Position numbers and translations under genes: made by a program. From a virus: a stretch of 64,000 bases of DNA. Below are positions 8,378-18,678 of the stretch, one piece after another (positions within the stretch are counted from its first letter, which is position 1; the number at the start of each line of letters is the position of its first letter). The stretch covers positions 1 to 64,000 of IMG/VR virus record IMGVR_UViG_3300032883_000188, one strand, 5' to 3'. Below the pieces are notes generated by a model. The model had not been told where the DNA came from and did no database searches. It saw only the letters and a program-made list of their open reading frames with translations.

Positions 8378-8740
8378 ATGAAATTGATAGTAATTACAGA
8401 TGGTAGTACGGAAAATTTTGAAAAAATGCTCGACATAGTGGGGAAAACGAAAATCCCTTCGCTTTTTATAATCACAAAACTTTGTGATGAAACGAGCGAA
8501 TACAACTTTCTACTTGATAATATCAAGTGGTTCTCGGAAAAAGGCGACCTGCAATTATTGGTTGCTAAATTCTCAGGCAGGGAAACCGTTGCCAACGAAT
8601 TGGGCGATGTGTGTCCTGAAATGATTGTCCCGCTTAGTTATAATAAACAAAGCAGATATTATGCGGAACAACCTGTAAAAACATTTTTAGACTTGGTTCA
8701 CATATTTAATAGAGGAGACTTAAATGGCATTAGAACTTAG
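8378..8740 (+). CDS. hypothetical protein
   Basis: 120-aa ORF. Confidence 0.65.
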   Translation: MKLIVITDGSTENFEKMLDIVGKTKIPSLFIITKLCDETSEYNFLLDNIKWFSEKGDLQLLVAKFSGRETVANELGDVCPEMIVPLSYNKQSRYYAEQPVKTFLDLVHIFNRGDLNGIRT

Positions 8741-9722
8741 AAAGGCACAACGTAGTAAAGCATACCTGAAATTAGGTCTGTCTGCTCCGAGTGGTGGTGG
8801 CAAGACTTTAGGTGCGCTCTTAATCGCTTATGGCTTGATGAAAGAGAAGTACCCCAAGGCAACTGACGCCGAACGTTGGAGCAAGATTGCAATTATCGAT
8901 ACCGAGAACGGTTCTGGTGAACTGTATGTCGGCAAGGAAATTTCTGGCATCAAAATCGGTGTATACGATGCAGTCACACTACATGCCCCATTTGAAGCAG
9001 ACAAGTATACTGAGGCGATTGCTTTATGCAAAGATAGCAATATTGAAGTCTGCATTATTGACTCCACCACCCATCTATGGAGTGGTGAAGGCGGCTTGCT
9101 CGAACAGCAAAACGCCGCCGCAAAACGCGGGGGCAACAGTTATACCGCATGGCGCGATATTACCCCGCAACACAACCGTTTTGTAAACGCCATGTTACAG
9201 ACCCCCATTCATATCATTGCAACCATGCGCGCCAAGCAAGAATACGTACAAGAAAAGGACTCGACTACCAATAAGACGACTGTCCGTAAACTTGGACTTG
9301 AACCTGAACAACGCAAGGGCATGGAGTACGAATTTACCACATTCTTGGACATTGATGCCGAGCATACCGCATTTGGTTCAAAGGATAGAACCAGCCTGTA
9401 TGACCAGAAGTACTTTAAGATTACCCCTGAAATCGGGACGGTAATGATGAAGTGGCTGGAAAGCGGCGTTGATAATGCACCAGAAGTTGTGGCTGTTTCC
9501 GTACATCCTGCCGAAAAGAAAAGTGCAATGACTGAGGTTGAAGACGATATTATTAATCGTTGCAGGGCGCTTGGCGGTAGTAAGAATGAAGCATTAATGG
9601 CGTTGGTTATGAAATACGCCCCCAACAAAAACCCGAAATCAATTAAGGACGAGGCAAAACTTGCCGAACTGCGCTCAGAGATAATTGAATTCGAGAAAGC
9701 AACCGCACCTACTGCGGCATAA
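8724..9722 (+). CDS. Sak4-like AAA ATPase (recombination)
   Basis: Walker A APSGGGKT, IIDTENGS, Walker B CIIDS; adjacent to SSB. Confidence 0.85.
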   Translation: MALELRKAQRSKAYLKLGLSAPSGGGKTLGALLIAYGLMKEKYPKATDAERWSKIAIIDTENGSGELYVGKEISGIKIGVYDAVTLHAPFEADKYTEAIALCKDSNIEVCIIDSTTHLWSGEGGLLEQQNAAAKRGGNSYTAWRDITPQHNRFVNAMLQTPIHIIATMRAKQEYVQEKDSTTNKTTVRKLGLEPEQRKGMEYEFTTFLDIDAEHTAFGSKDRTSLYDQKYFKITPEIGTVMMKWLESGVDNAPEVVAVSVHPAEKKSAMTEVEDDIINRCRALGGSKNEALMALVMKYAPNKNPKSIKDEAKLAELRSEIIEFEKATAPTAA

Positions 9723-9757
9723 TAGACTAATCGATTTATATTTAAGGAGACTATAGA

Positions 9758-10180
9758 ATGGCTAATCAAATTCAAAGACTTATGTACGAGGGTTATTTGG
9801 CAGAAGACCCTGATATGCGCTACACCCCTTCCGGCAAGAGCGTAACAAATTTTCGCATGGGGTCAAACCGTAGCTACAAGAATTCCAACGATGAAGTAGT
9901 CAAGGAAACCACTTGGTTGAAAGTGACCGCGTGGGGTAAGCTTGGCGAAATCGTCAGTCAACTTTGCGCCAAAGGTGCGCACGTGATTGTGGAAGGTATA
10001 CTGCGTGTTGGGGAAAACGGCTCACCCAATGTTTATCCACTAAAGAACGGAGAATATGGTGCATCCTATGAAGTCACCGCAAGTTCTGTGCGCGTTCTAG
10101 ATGGTAAGAAACCTCGCACCGAAAGCGGCGAATCTGCTCCAAGCGATGAACCAGCAGACAATAGCGACATTCCCTTCTAA
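9758..10180 (+). CDS. ssb: single-stranded DNA-binding protein
   Basis: OB-fold DPDMRYTPSGK...TTWLKVTAWG, acidic tail ending DIPF. Confidence 0.95.
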   Translation: MANQIQRLMYEGYLAEDPDMRYTPSGKSVTNFRMGSNRSYKNSNDEVVKETTWLKVTAWGKLGEIVSQLCAKGAHVIVEGILRVGENGSPNVYPLKNGEYGASYEVTASSVRVLDGKKPRTESGESAPSDEPADNSDIPF

Positions 10181-10194
10181 GTAACATTGTATAG

Positions 10195-10235
10195 AAAAGC
10201 AGGGGCTATGAAAGACAAGGTAGCCCCTGCTTTTT
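10195..10235 (+). terminator. intrinsic terminator
   Basis: AAAAGCAGGGGCTA...TAGCCCCTGCTTTTT. Confidence 0.8.
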
Positions 10236-10248
10236 ATGAAGGAGCAAT

Positions 10249-11076
10249 ATGAAACTTACAAAATTTGTAATTGACCTCGGTAGACCCGTTGCGTTCTATC
10301 CGGGGCTGAAAAAGATAACTGGTTCGACAACTGCTACTATAATGTTGTGCCAGTTTCTTTATTGGTCAACAAGGACAACGAATGATGGTTGGACTTGGAA
10401 GACAAGTGATGATATAGAAAATGAAACAGGCTTGACCTATAACGAGCAAAGAACAGCCAGAGAGATACTGGTTGATAAAAAACTACTTGAAATTAAAATT
10501 AAAAGAGATGAGCATCTTACTTATTACAGGGTTAACGAGGAAGAACTGAATAAGCAGTGGGAAGAGGAACAAGGCAAAGCCTCCGAACCAATTACACCAG
10601 TACATCAGCCATCCGAACTGGAAATACTTATGCTTAAAAGACCTGATGATTTAAATGTCAAGGAAAAAGAGCCTAGAGAGATTCCAGCAAAGAAGGGCGA
10701 CTTGGTGGACTTATTTATTGACCAGCGCAATTCCCCGGGCTACCTTAAAATGGAATCCAAAAAACTCATTAAGAGCAAGCTAGAAAAGCGCTTGCACATC
10801 AATGCGGACAGTAAGAAATGGGAAGAATTCATCGAGTTTATTTGGGGCAGGGAAACCAGAGAAAAAGAAAGTGTGGATACCTTCTTGAATTGGGCGGTAA
10901 AGGATTTTAATCCGATTTACTGGACACCAGAGAAGATGAAAACCCTTTGGCCTCAAGCTTTCCTGTATAATGATGCTTCAATTTTGGATGAGTTTGTTAA
11001 AACATCACCAGAAGAACCAGAAGAAGAAACCGCACCTATGCCAGAAGATTTGGGACGAGAAAAGAAATTATTTTAG
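10249..11076 (+). CDS. HTH replication initiator-like protein
   Basis: RPVAFYP.L..ITGS..A...L.QFLYW...W.WKT...ENETGLT..EQRTAR. Confidence 0.75.
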   Translation: MKLTKFVIDLGRPVAFYPGLKKITGSTTATIMLCQFLYWSTRTTNDGWTWKTSDDIENETGLTYNEQRTAREILVDKKLLEIKIKRDEHLTYYRVNEEELNKQWEEEQGKASEPITPVHQPSELEILMLKRPDDLNVKEKEPREIPAKKGDLVDLFIDQRNSPGYLKMESKKLIKSKLEKRLHINADSKKWEEFIEFIWGRETREKESVDTFLNWAVKDFNPIYWTPEKMKTLWPQAFLYNDASILDEFVKTSPEEPEEETAPMPEDLGREKKLF

Positions 11077-11084
11077 GAGACTAT

Positions 11085-13337
11085 ATGGCAAACATGCTTT
11101 CCGAAGCTTTAGATTATGCCAACCGAGGCTGGTATGTATTTCCCTGCCGAGAGAAGCCGGGTGAACCTTATATCAGAAACGGAGAGACCGTTACACCCGC
11201 TGAGAAGACCCCTTATACATCCAAAGGTTTGGATGATGCTACGCTAGATAAAGACCAGATTACCTCTTGGTGGACTAAATGGCAAAACGCCATGATAGGC
11301 ATCAATGCAGGAAAATCTGGTTTATTTGTCGTTGACATTGACCGAAAGCATGTCAACGGGCTGGATACTTTTACCACATGGAATATTAATGATGGTGCTG
11401 GTTTGCATTCCACAACCCCTTCGGGCGGTATGCACATCATTTTTACGGGCACAGGCAAGTCCAGCACCAATGCCAAGACAGGAATTGATACCCGCGGTGT
11501 AGGGGGTTATTTCATTGCGCCTCCGAGCAAGATATTAGTGGGCGAGAATCCCGGGGATTACAAGCGCTTTGATGATTGGAACAGGACACCCGGGGTCATA
11601 CCTGATGGTTTATTAGGAAACTTATTTCCAGATAAGACCATTGAATATGTAAAAGGCGCGCCTCTTCCTCCCGGGGTAACCAAGCAACTTTCCAGAACAA
11701 GCCTTAATTTTCTGGCAAACGGCGCACCCGCGGGAGAACGCAACAGCACACTATTCAAGGCGCTGGCTGATTTTGCTGGTTGTGGCTATACAAAGGAAGC
11801 CGCTAAAGAGGCAACCTTTAATGTTGCTATTCGTATAGGTTTGACCGAATCCGAGTTTGTGCAGGTATTGGAACACGCTTATTCCAAGCCTAGAACATCT
11901 TCCATACCCGATTCCATACAGGAAAAAATAATGGAGGGCGGTACAAAGGTTGTCAGTAAGATTACACCGGAAGAACAGGTGATAATGGAAGACGCACTAC
12001 TGGCTACCATGTTGACCAACAATACAATCATCCCGACCATTAATGATATCTTGAACTTTGATGATTTTCGTATATTGAAGAACAGGATGATTTACAAAGC
12101 CATAAATAGAATTGTTAAGTCTGGCATGAAAGCAGACCATATCACGGTTTCCAGCGAAGTAGAAAAGGAAAGTAAGAAGGTTACGCTGGATGATATTTCC
12201 AAACTGACCGAGCGTTACTTTATTGATATTGAAAATGCCATCACTTACGCACGTATCATCAAGGAAAAATCTGCCATTCGCAAACTTGAATCCGTACTGG
12301 ATAACAAGGCTGAATATTTAAAGAAGGGCAACCTGCTTGAGATAATCAACAATATTGAAAAGGATGTTTCAAATGTCGCGGTATACGGAGGCGCTAAGTC
12401 CACCAATGTATTGACCGCAGAACAAGCGTCCGATATGGTAATAGAACGCACCAAGCAGTTGATGAGTGGTGAAATTGAACAACTGAAAATTGGTTTCAGT
12501 GAGTATGACACCAAAGTTGGCGGGTTGGATTCTAATGAAATGGTAGTGCTTGCCGCACGTTCAGGAGATGGAAAATCAGCATTGCTCTTGAGCATCCTGA
12601 ATAACATTGCACTTGTACAGAATAAACCCTGCTTGTTGTTTTCTCTTGAAATGGCAACCCATGAGTCTGTTAACCGCCTTGTCTGCCAGTTGACGGGTAT
12701 TCCATATAAAAAAGTAAACCATGGAAAACTATCCCCGGATGAATGGAAAAGATATAAAGAAGCCATGGAGCGTATTAAGGACAGCAAATTATACTTTGAC
12801 GATAGTTATGGTATGACCGTACCTGAGATACGTTCCAAAATCAGACAACTGATGGAAAAAGACATTGTGCTTGTGGGCATCGACCAGCTTGAGCAGATAC
12901 AGGGTTATGCGGGTATGGCAACCCATATACGCTATGATAACATAGCCTATGATGTAAAAAATCTGACACAGGAGTTTAATATTCCTGTAATCTTAAATCA
13001 CCAGTTCAACAGGGGCATAACGGATAGAAGCTTAAAAAATCCAGAACCACAATTGGCTGACCTTAACCAAGCAGGTGAAAAACCAGCCAACCAAGTTTGG
13101 AGTATTTCCCACTTGAAGGATGAAAAGGGAGATATACTCCGTTCAAAAATAAAGGTCTTAAAGAACAGAAATGGGCCTAGAATTGAGTTTGCAGTAATGT
13201 TCGTTGGTGAGAGAATGCTGTTTTCAAGCCCTGCCCGGGAAGAGGATAAAATTGTGTTTCAATCAAAGGATTATGATGATGATATTGTTGGGCATGACCC
13301 CGAACCATTTTGGTCAAAACCAGATGAAGGTCATTAG
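11085..13337 (+). CDS. bifunctional Prim-Pol primase fused to a DnaB-type helicase
   Basis: GWYVFPC, VVDID, TPSGGMH, GERNSTLF; C-terminal AARSGDGKS, FSLEM, IDQL, KNRNG. Confidence 0.9.
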   Translation: MANMLSEALDYANRGWYVFPCREKPGEPYIRNGETVTPAEKTPYTSKGLDDATLDKDQITSWWTKWQNAMIGINAGKSGLFVVDIDRKHVNGLDTFTTWNINDGAGLHSTTPSGGMHIIFTGTGKSSTNAKTGIDTRGVGGYFIAPPSKILVGENPGDYKRFDDWNRTPGVIPDGLLGNLFPDKTIEYVKGAPLPPGVTKQLSRTSLNFLANGAPAGERNSTLFKALADFAGCGYTKEAAKEATFNVAIRIGLTESEFVQVLEHAYSKPRTSSIPDSIQEKIMEGGTKVVSKITPEEQVIMEDALLATMLTNNTIIPTINDILNFDDFRILKNRMIYKAINRIVKSGMKADHITVSSEVEKESKKVTLDDISKLTERYFIDIENAITYARIIKEKSAIRKLESVLDNKAEYLKKGNLLEIINNIEKDVSNVAVYGGAKSTNVLTAEQASDMVIERTKQLMSGEIEQLKIGFSEYDTKVGGLDSNEMVVLAARSGDGKSALLLSILNNIALVQNKPCLLFSLEMATHESVNRLVCQLTGIPYKKVNHGKLSPDEWKRYKEAMERIKDSKLYFDDSYGMTVPEIRSKIRQLMEKDIVLVGIDQLEQIQGYAGMATHIRYDNIAYDVKNLTQEFNIPVILNHQFNRGITDRSLKNPEPQLADLNQAGEKPANQVWSISHLKDEKGDILRSKIKVLKNRNGPRIEFAVMFVGERMLFSSPAREEDKIVFQSKDYDDDIVGHDPEPFWSKPDEGH

Positions 13338-13340
13338 AAG

Positions 13341-14126
13341 ATGAGTTCATTCGACTTTACTATTTCAAATATTCGTTTCTCATACTCATCGGTCTCTTCT
13401 TTTGACAACTGCCAGTATTCATTTAAGCTGGCATACATCGATGCAGTACAACCTAGAGCCAACAATTATTTTGGTGAATACGGTACACTGGTACATGAAT
13501 GCTTTGAGAAATATTTTTCCGGTGAACTGGATGTATTCGAGCTATCTCAATACTACAATGAGCGGTATAGGGAAATTATAAAAACACCAGCCCCGCACAT
13601 TTCTCCGGGGCTGGAAGAAAAATATCGTTTGCAGGGGCAAAACTTTTTTGACAATTTCTCGTTTGATAAGGAAGCTTACGATATTTTACTGGTTGAAGAT
13701 AAAATTGATTTTAAGTTGAATGATATAGACGTTGTGGCAAAACCAGACTTGGTTTTGAAAGAGAAATCCAGTGGAAAAATCTTACTATACGATTACAAAA
13801 CAGCCACACCGTTTTGGACTAGCGCCGCAGGAAAGGAAATGTCGGACAAAAAGAAACTCGAGGGTTATTACAAACAGATGCATCTTTATACTTATGCCCT
13901 GCGGGAAACAAAGGGCTTTAATATTGATGCTGTTTCCCTGTGGTTTGTCAGGCTTGGAAAAATAGTTACAGTTCCATGGGACAAGGAACTGGAAGACACA
14001 GCCATTGGAAATTTCACTCAGACTGTGGAAAAAATAAAGAACGAAGAAATTTTTGCTTATAATAACTCAAGCCCGTTCTTCTGCAATGAACTCTGTGGAG
14101 TAAGGGAGTTCTGCAAATACAGATAG
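13341..14126 (+). CDS. PD-(D/E)XK RecB/Cas4-like nuclease
   Basis: SYS...C, G.LVH, KPDLV, DYKT, Q..LY, C-terminal C...C.....C. Confidence 0.85.
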   Translation: MSSFDFTISNIRFSYSSVSSFDNCQYSFKLAYIDAVQPRANNYFGEYGTLVHECFEKYFSGELDVFELSQYYNERYREIIKTPAPHISPGLEEKYRLQGQNFFDNFSFDKEAYDILLVEDKIDFKLNDIDVVAKPDLVLKEKSSGKILLYDYKTATPFWTSAAGKEMSDKKKLEGYYKQMHLYTYALRETKGFNIDAVSLWFVRLGKIVTVPWDKELEDTAIGNFTQTVEKIKNEEIFAYNNSSPFFCNELCGVREFCKYR

Positions 14127-14133
14127 GTGAACC

Positions 14134-16410
14134 ATGAGATATGTTTATGATATTGAATGCTTGAAGAATCTGTTTACTGCAACTTTCGTTAATGTTGAAA
14201 ACGAAAGTGATATTCACGTATTCTATATTGGGCTGGATAGACCGGATTATACCGACTTATTGAAATTTCTAAAACAGGAAATGACCCTTGTCGGCTATAA
14301 CAATCGTTCTTATGACGACCCTATGCTCAGGTTTGTTATGGGTTACAACGGGGCAAAGATAAACACAGACCTGCACAACCTATCCGAAAAATTGGTCGAT
14401 GACAATTTCAGGGATGATAAGACCATCATTGAACTGCGCTATCCGCGCAGGGTAATTTATCCTTGGAATTCCATTGACCTTATGACCATCCTTGCCTTTG
14501 ACAAATTGGGTATTTCCTTGAAACAAACTGCCATCAATTTGAAGTGGCATAAGATTCAGGAAATGCCAATTAACCATAACGCTAGTGTACAGGATGTACA
14601 ACTGCCGGATGTTCTCTCTTATAACCTTAACGATGTTTTAATAACCAAGAAGTTATATGAAGAGATTACCCCTCTCAGGAAACTGCGTGAAAGCCTGAGT
14701 GTGATTTATGGTGTAAATTTAAACTCGGCTTCTGATTCCAAGATGGCTAATCTTATCTTGGAACAAATTTACGCCAGTGAATTAAAGATGGATATCCGCG
14801 CTGTACGGGACATGCGCACCAAGCGCTATAAGGTGTTGCTTGGCAACTGCATTGCAAAGTTTGTGCAGTTCCAGAGTCCCGAATTGAAAGAAATGCTGGA
14901 CAGAATATCCACCATGTATGTCTATGACTACACGTATTATAAATATTCTGAAAAGGTTTATTTTGCGAACAACACCTTTTCTCTCGGGATTGGCGGATTG
15001 CACAGCGAAGACGAGGCGGGTAAGTTTGAAACGGATGATAAACATATCATTCAGGATATGGATGTATCCAGTTATTACCCGAACCTTATCATCAACAATA
15101 ATTTTTATCCAGAGCATCTTGGAACTGACTTTATCAAGGTGCTAAAAAGGATTACCGAAGAACGCTTAGCCGCCAAAAAAGCCAAGGACAGGGTTAAGGC
15201 AGACGGTTTAAAGATTACCGTCAACTCTATTTTTGGAAAGATGGGTTCTGAGCATTTCTGGTTGCAGGATGCCAAGCAAATGCTTTCCACCACCCTGAGC
15301 GGACAGTTGGGTTTGCTGATGCTTATCGAGGGATTGCACTTAAACGGCATTCCAGTTATCAGTTGTAATACGGATGGAGTTGTTTGTAAGATACCAAGAG
15401 AACTGGAAAATAAATACTACGAGGTCGCCCACGCGTGGGAAAGGGCAACGCAGTGCGAGTTGGAATTTACACAGTATAAGAAATATGTAAGAAGAGATGT
15501 TAACTCCTATATCGTTGAAAAACAAGATGGTACTATCAAAGAAAAGGGAGCATTCCTTAAAGAAGTTGACCTTAAGAAGTCCTACCACATGCCGATTGTA
15601 GCCAAGGCGCTATACGGTTATTTCATCAAAGGTACGCCTATCAGGGATACCTTGAAAAACTGCAAGGATATCATGGAGTTTTGCATTTCCCAAAAGAGCG
15701 GGGCAGACTTTGAAATCGAATTGCATAAGATTAACAAGATAGAGCACCTGCAAAAGACCAACCGCTTCTACATCAGCAACAAAGGCGGCAGTCTGATTAA
15801 AAGGCAGATATACAGTAAAAAATTAACGGGTTTATACGTGGGGCATTTGGCAATGATATTAAATGATTACGACCCGGCTACGCCATTCAGGGAATACGAT
15901 GTTAATCTAGCTTTCTATGAGAAGGAAGTCATGAAGATAGTGGATGCCATCGAGCCACCTCAGCTTTCTCTATTTGAATTAGGGATTAACGAAAGAGGCA
16001 TAAAAACAAAGATGAGCGTTCCTGCTCATGATGATATTAATATGGGTTTATTTGATAGTCGAATTTCGGAAGATGTTATAACTGTTGATAGATTAAATAA
16101 ACTTGGAAAAAATCAGTTGGCAAAACGTCTGGAATCAGTTGTAGGAGATAATAAAAAGATAGGGAAAATAAGCCCCCGTTACATCTACATAATGGAATTC
16201 GATGCCAGAACAATGACTGCTGATATTTATTGCCTTGCAAAAGGCATTCAGCAATCCATCGGAATAAGCAAGGCGGCTTACAAGAAAAACAGGTTACAAA
16301 AGGGAGACCTTGTTTACTGTAGCAGGTTTGAGAAGATGGCTCGTGGACACATCATAGCTGACTATCGCATAACCGAAAAGATTGAGATAGATAAGAATCA
16401 GCTCATGTAA
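14134..16410 (+). CDS. polB: family B DNA polymerase with 3'-5' exonuclease
   Basis: YDIE, GYN..YD, YNLND, DVSSYYP, K...NSIFG, NTDG. Confidence 0.9.
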   Translation: MRYVYDIECLKNLFTATFVNVENESDIHVFYIGLDRPDYTDLLKFLKQEMTLVGYNNRSYDDPMLRFVMGYNGAKINTDLHNLSEKLVDDNFRDDKTIIELRYPRRVIYPWNSIDLMTILAFDKLGISLKQTAINLKWHKIQEMPINHNASVQDVQLPDVLSYNLNDVLITKKLYEEITPLRKLRESLSVIYGVNLNSASDSKMANLILEQIYASELKMDIRAVRDMRTKRYKVLLGNCIAKFVQFQSPELKEMLDRISTMYVYDYTYYKYSEKVYFANNTFSLGIGGLHSEDEAGKFETDDKHIIQDMDVSSYYPNLIINNNFYPEHLGTDFIKVLKRITEERLAAKKAKDRVKADGLKITVNSIFGKMGSEHFWLQDAKQMLSTTLSGQLGLLMLIEGLHLNGIPVISCNTDGVVCKIPRELENKYYEVAHAWERATQCELEFTQYKKYVRRDVNSYIVEKQDGTIKEKGAFLKEVDLKKSYHMPIVAKALYGYFIKGTPIRDTLKNCKDIMEFCISQKSGADFEIELHKINKIEHLQKTNRFYISNKGGSLIKRQIYSKKLTGLYVGHLAMILNDYDPATPFREYDVNLAFYEKEVMKIVDAIEPPQLSLFELGINERGIKTKMSVPAHDDINMGLFDSRISEDVITVDRLNKLGKNQLAKRLESVVGDNKKIGKISPRYIYIMEFDARTMTADIYCLAKGIQQSIGISKAAYKKNRLQKGDLVYCSRFEKMARGHIIADYRITEKIEIDKNQLM

Positions 16411-16411
16411 C

Positions 16412-16440
16412 TTGACAAACACAGCAAAATATGCTATAAT
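16412..16440 (+). promoter_or_regulatory. sigma70-type promoter
   Basis: TTGACA-17-TATAAT with TG. Confidence 0.85.
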
Positions 16441-16453
16441 AAGAGGAGATAAA

Positions 16454-16720
16454 ATGATTAGGAAAATAGAACGGTTCAATTATTCAACCCCATTTGGGAG
16501 GGTATATTCCTTACCTGACTTCTTTGCGCAGGTTGAGAAAAGGAAGATTACCCCACAAATGGGCACAATTTCAGAAGTCCTTATTGACGGGCAGGTTACA
16601 AATATCCTGATTGAGAATTGGGATATGTACCAGATAGACCCGGATTGTGAGATTATGAGTTTGCGGGAATTTGAAAAGCTTGATGGGTTAAAAGAAATCC
16701 TTTGGATTGCTAAAAAATAG
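16454..16720 (+). CDS. hypothetical protein
   Basis: GAGGAG RBS before ATG 16454. Confidence 0.7.
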   Translation: MIRKIERFNYSTPFGRVYSLPDFFAQVEKRKITPQMGTISEVLIDGQVTNILIENWDMYQIDPDCEIMSLREFEKLDGLKEILWIAKK

Positions 16721-16728
16721 GAATTAAA

Positions 16729-17118
16729 ATGATTCTATTCATCCTTCAAAACGCATATCGTTCTGAAAAATATAAATTCAAGAACAATGCAGAGTGGTTT
16801 AAAGACCTTGCACGTTCACATACCGGGCGCAGGTTAATGGAAATGATACCCGATGGTGCTGAGGCATATGTAATCAATTCTACACCGCTTATTGGAGATG
16901 ATGCCAAGAGTTGTTTTAAGTCCGACACTGGTTATATGAAGCTTATGATAGAACAGTATAACCCGATGGTTATTTGTGCCTGTGGAAAAATTGCGCAAGA
17001 AGGTTGTGAGAAACTAGGCGTAACACATATTAAAGCCCCACATCCTGCATGGCGCAGACTTTCTAAAGAAATTACGAGCGATATTAGGAGGCAGATTTAT
17101 GAGCAGACACGAAGTTAA
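16729..17118 (+). CDS. uracil-DNA-glycosylase-fold protein
   Basis: LFILQN, TGRRL, VICACGKIA, PHPA. Confidence 0.55.
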   Translation: MILFILQNAYRSEKYKFKNNAEWFKDLARSHTGRRLMEMIPDGAEAYVINSTPLIGDDAKSCFKSDTGYMKLMIEQYNPMVICACGKIAQEGCEKLGVTHIKAPHPAWRRLSKEITSDIRRQIYEQTRS

Positions 17119-17452
17119 AATGCAAGACGGTACAGCGATAGCCTACGGGTTTGATGCACCTACAGGTGGTTTTTTCTTTCAACTTTATGTCGATGACCCT
17201 GAGGCAAATTATAATGAACTTGATTTTAAAAACAGTTTAACATTAACCGCCCTTGTTGATGCTCTTGCTCTGTATAATATAGTTGTTCCAAAACAGGACT
17301 TGATTAAAGAATTCATCAAGACCGAAAAGCCAACACCCTTGCAGATAAATGTTGGTAAAATGTTTGGCAAGGATGTTATTGATATGCTTTCAAAGGTAGG
17401 TCTGGATATAATGGAAAATTATAGTCTGTTCTTACCTAGCGGTGAGCCATGA
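17099..17452 (+). CDS. hypothetical protein
   Basis: AGGAGG RBS. Confidence 0.7.
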   Translation: MSRHEVKMQDGTAIAYGFDAPTGGFFFQLYVDDPEANYNELDFKNSLTLTALVDALALYNIVVPKQDLIKEFIKTEKPTPLQINVGKMFGKDVIDMLSKVGLDIMENYSLFLPSGEP

Positions 17453-17931
17453 GAAATAGCATAATTGATTGGGAGAAAGCCCACCTGTTCATGCCCCATG
17501 AGGGCTGGTGCGGGGTTTCTACAATAAAGATGATATTCAATGCAACCGGAATTGAAGAACCAATTGATGAGATTGCCAGATATACGTGGAAGTGGTGGTA
17601 TGGTACGCCTTATATCCTGATGGTGGCTTATCTTAATAAATTCTTCTGGCTGGTAAACTACCGTACTGGCGCAACTCTTGAAGACATTAAAAAACATTTG
17701 AAAGCGGGGCATATTTGCATAATCAATTTTCAAGATGGGGATGATGGGCATTATGCGATTGTATCCAATTATAAAAAAGGTCTTCTTACCATTGTAGATT
17801 CGTCTATGGAAAGAAAGTGGACATATACCATGACACCCGCCGTTCTTCGCCAGCAATGGTATGATAATTTGACTGATTCCCTGTGGCACGAAAGGTTGTT
17901 GATTTGGGTTGACCCCAAGACAAAGAAGTAA
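17449..17931 (+). CDS. C39-like cysteine peptidase
   Basis: WCG...GHY...D catalytic pattern. Confidence 0.7.
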   Translation: MRNSIIDWEKAHLFMPHEGWCGVSTIKMIFNATGIEEPIDEIARYTWKWWYGTPYILMVAYLNKFFWLVNYRTGATLEDIKKHLKAGHICIINFQDGDDGHYAIVSNYKKGLLTIVDSSMERKWTYTMTPAVLRQQWYDNLTDSLWHERLLIWVDPKTKK

Positions 17932-17939
17932 GGAGGCAC

Positions 17940-18137
17940 ATGCCGCTATACGAATATCAATGTAATAAGTGTGACAAAGAATTTATCATGTCGGCTGATA
18001 AGCCACCTAAGACAAACCCAACCTGTCCGAACTGTGGCAGTGAGAATACAATGAGATTGTGGAATGCTCCGACAGTAATATTTAGAGGAAACGGTTTTTA
18101 CACAACCGACAATAAGGAAAAGAAAGATGATACCTAA
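17940..18137 (+). CDS. FmdB-family zinc-ribbon protein
   Basis: MPLYEYQC..C...CPNCGS...IFRGNGFYTTD. Confidence 0.9.
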   Translation: MPLYEYQCNKCDKEFIMSADKPPKTNPTCPNCGSENTMRLWNAPTVIFRGNGFYTTDNKEKKDDT

Positions 18138-18678
18138 TACTGTGATTGCCTGTGATGTAGACGGGGTAATAGCCGATGTACTTACCAATTGGCTGGCTCG
18201 CTATAACCGAGACTATAACGATAATTTGAAACACGATGATATCACCGCATGGGATACATCTATTTTTGTGAAAGCCGAATGTGGTAAAAAGATATTTGCT
18301 TATCTTGACGACCCTAGCCTTTATGATGATGTTTTGCCTTACCCCGGGGCGCTGGATGCCGTTAAGGAATTAAAGAAACTCGGAAGGGTTGTTTATGCTA
18401 CATCATCCCCCGCTAAATCTTATGGCAGAAAATTCTTCTGGTTAAAAGAGCATGGCTTTTTAAGTGACCAGTTGGATTACTTCGAAACACGAGATAAAAG
18501 TTTGGTAAGGGCAGATTTCCTGATAGATGATTATTACAAGAATTTGGATACCTTTGTAGGCAAGAAAATTTTGCTTGCGCAACCATGGAACTACAGTCTT
18601 GAAAAAGACCCCGACTATGTCTATGGTACTTCTTGGAAAAAGATAATAGGATATATAAAAAATGACCTCGGACTATGA
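18127..18678 (+). CDS. 5'(3')-deoxyribonucleotidase (HAD/NT5C)
   Basis: DVDGVIAD, PYPGA, LIDD, QPWN. Confidence 0.85.
   Translation: MIPNTVIACDVDGVIADVLTNWLARYNRDYNDNLKHDDITAWDTSIFVKAECGKKIFAYLDDPSLYDDVLPYPGALDAVKELKKLGRVVYATSSPAKSYGRKFFWLKEHGFLSDQLDYFETRDKSLVRADFLIDDYYKNLDTFVGKKILLAQPWNYSLEKDPDYVYGTSWKKIIGYIKNDLGL

Noticed and set aside
13341-14126. Cas4 as part of a CRISPR system
   Set aside because: It is a stand-alone phage nuclease between the helicase and polymerase genes
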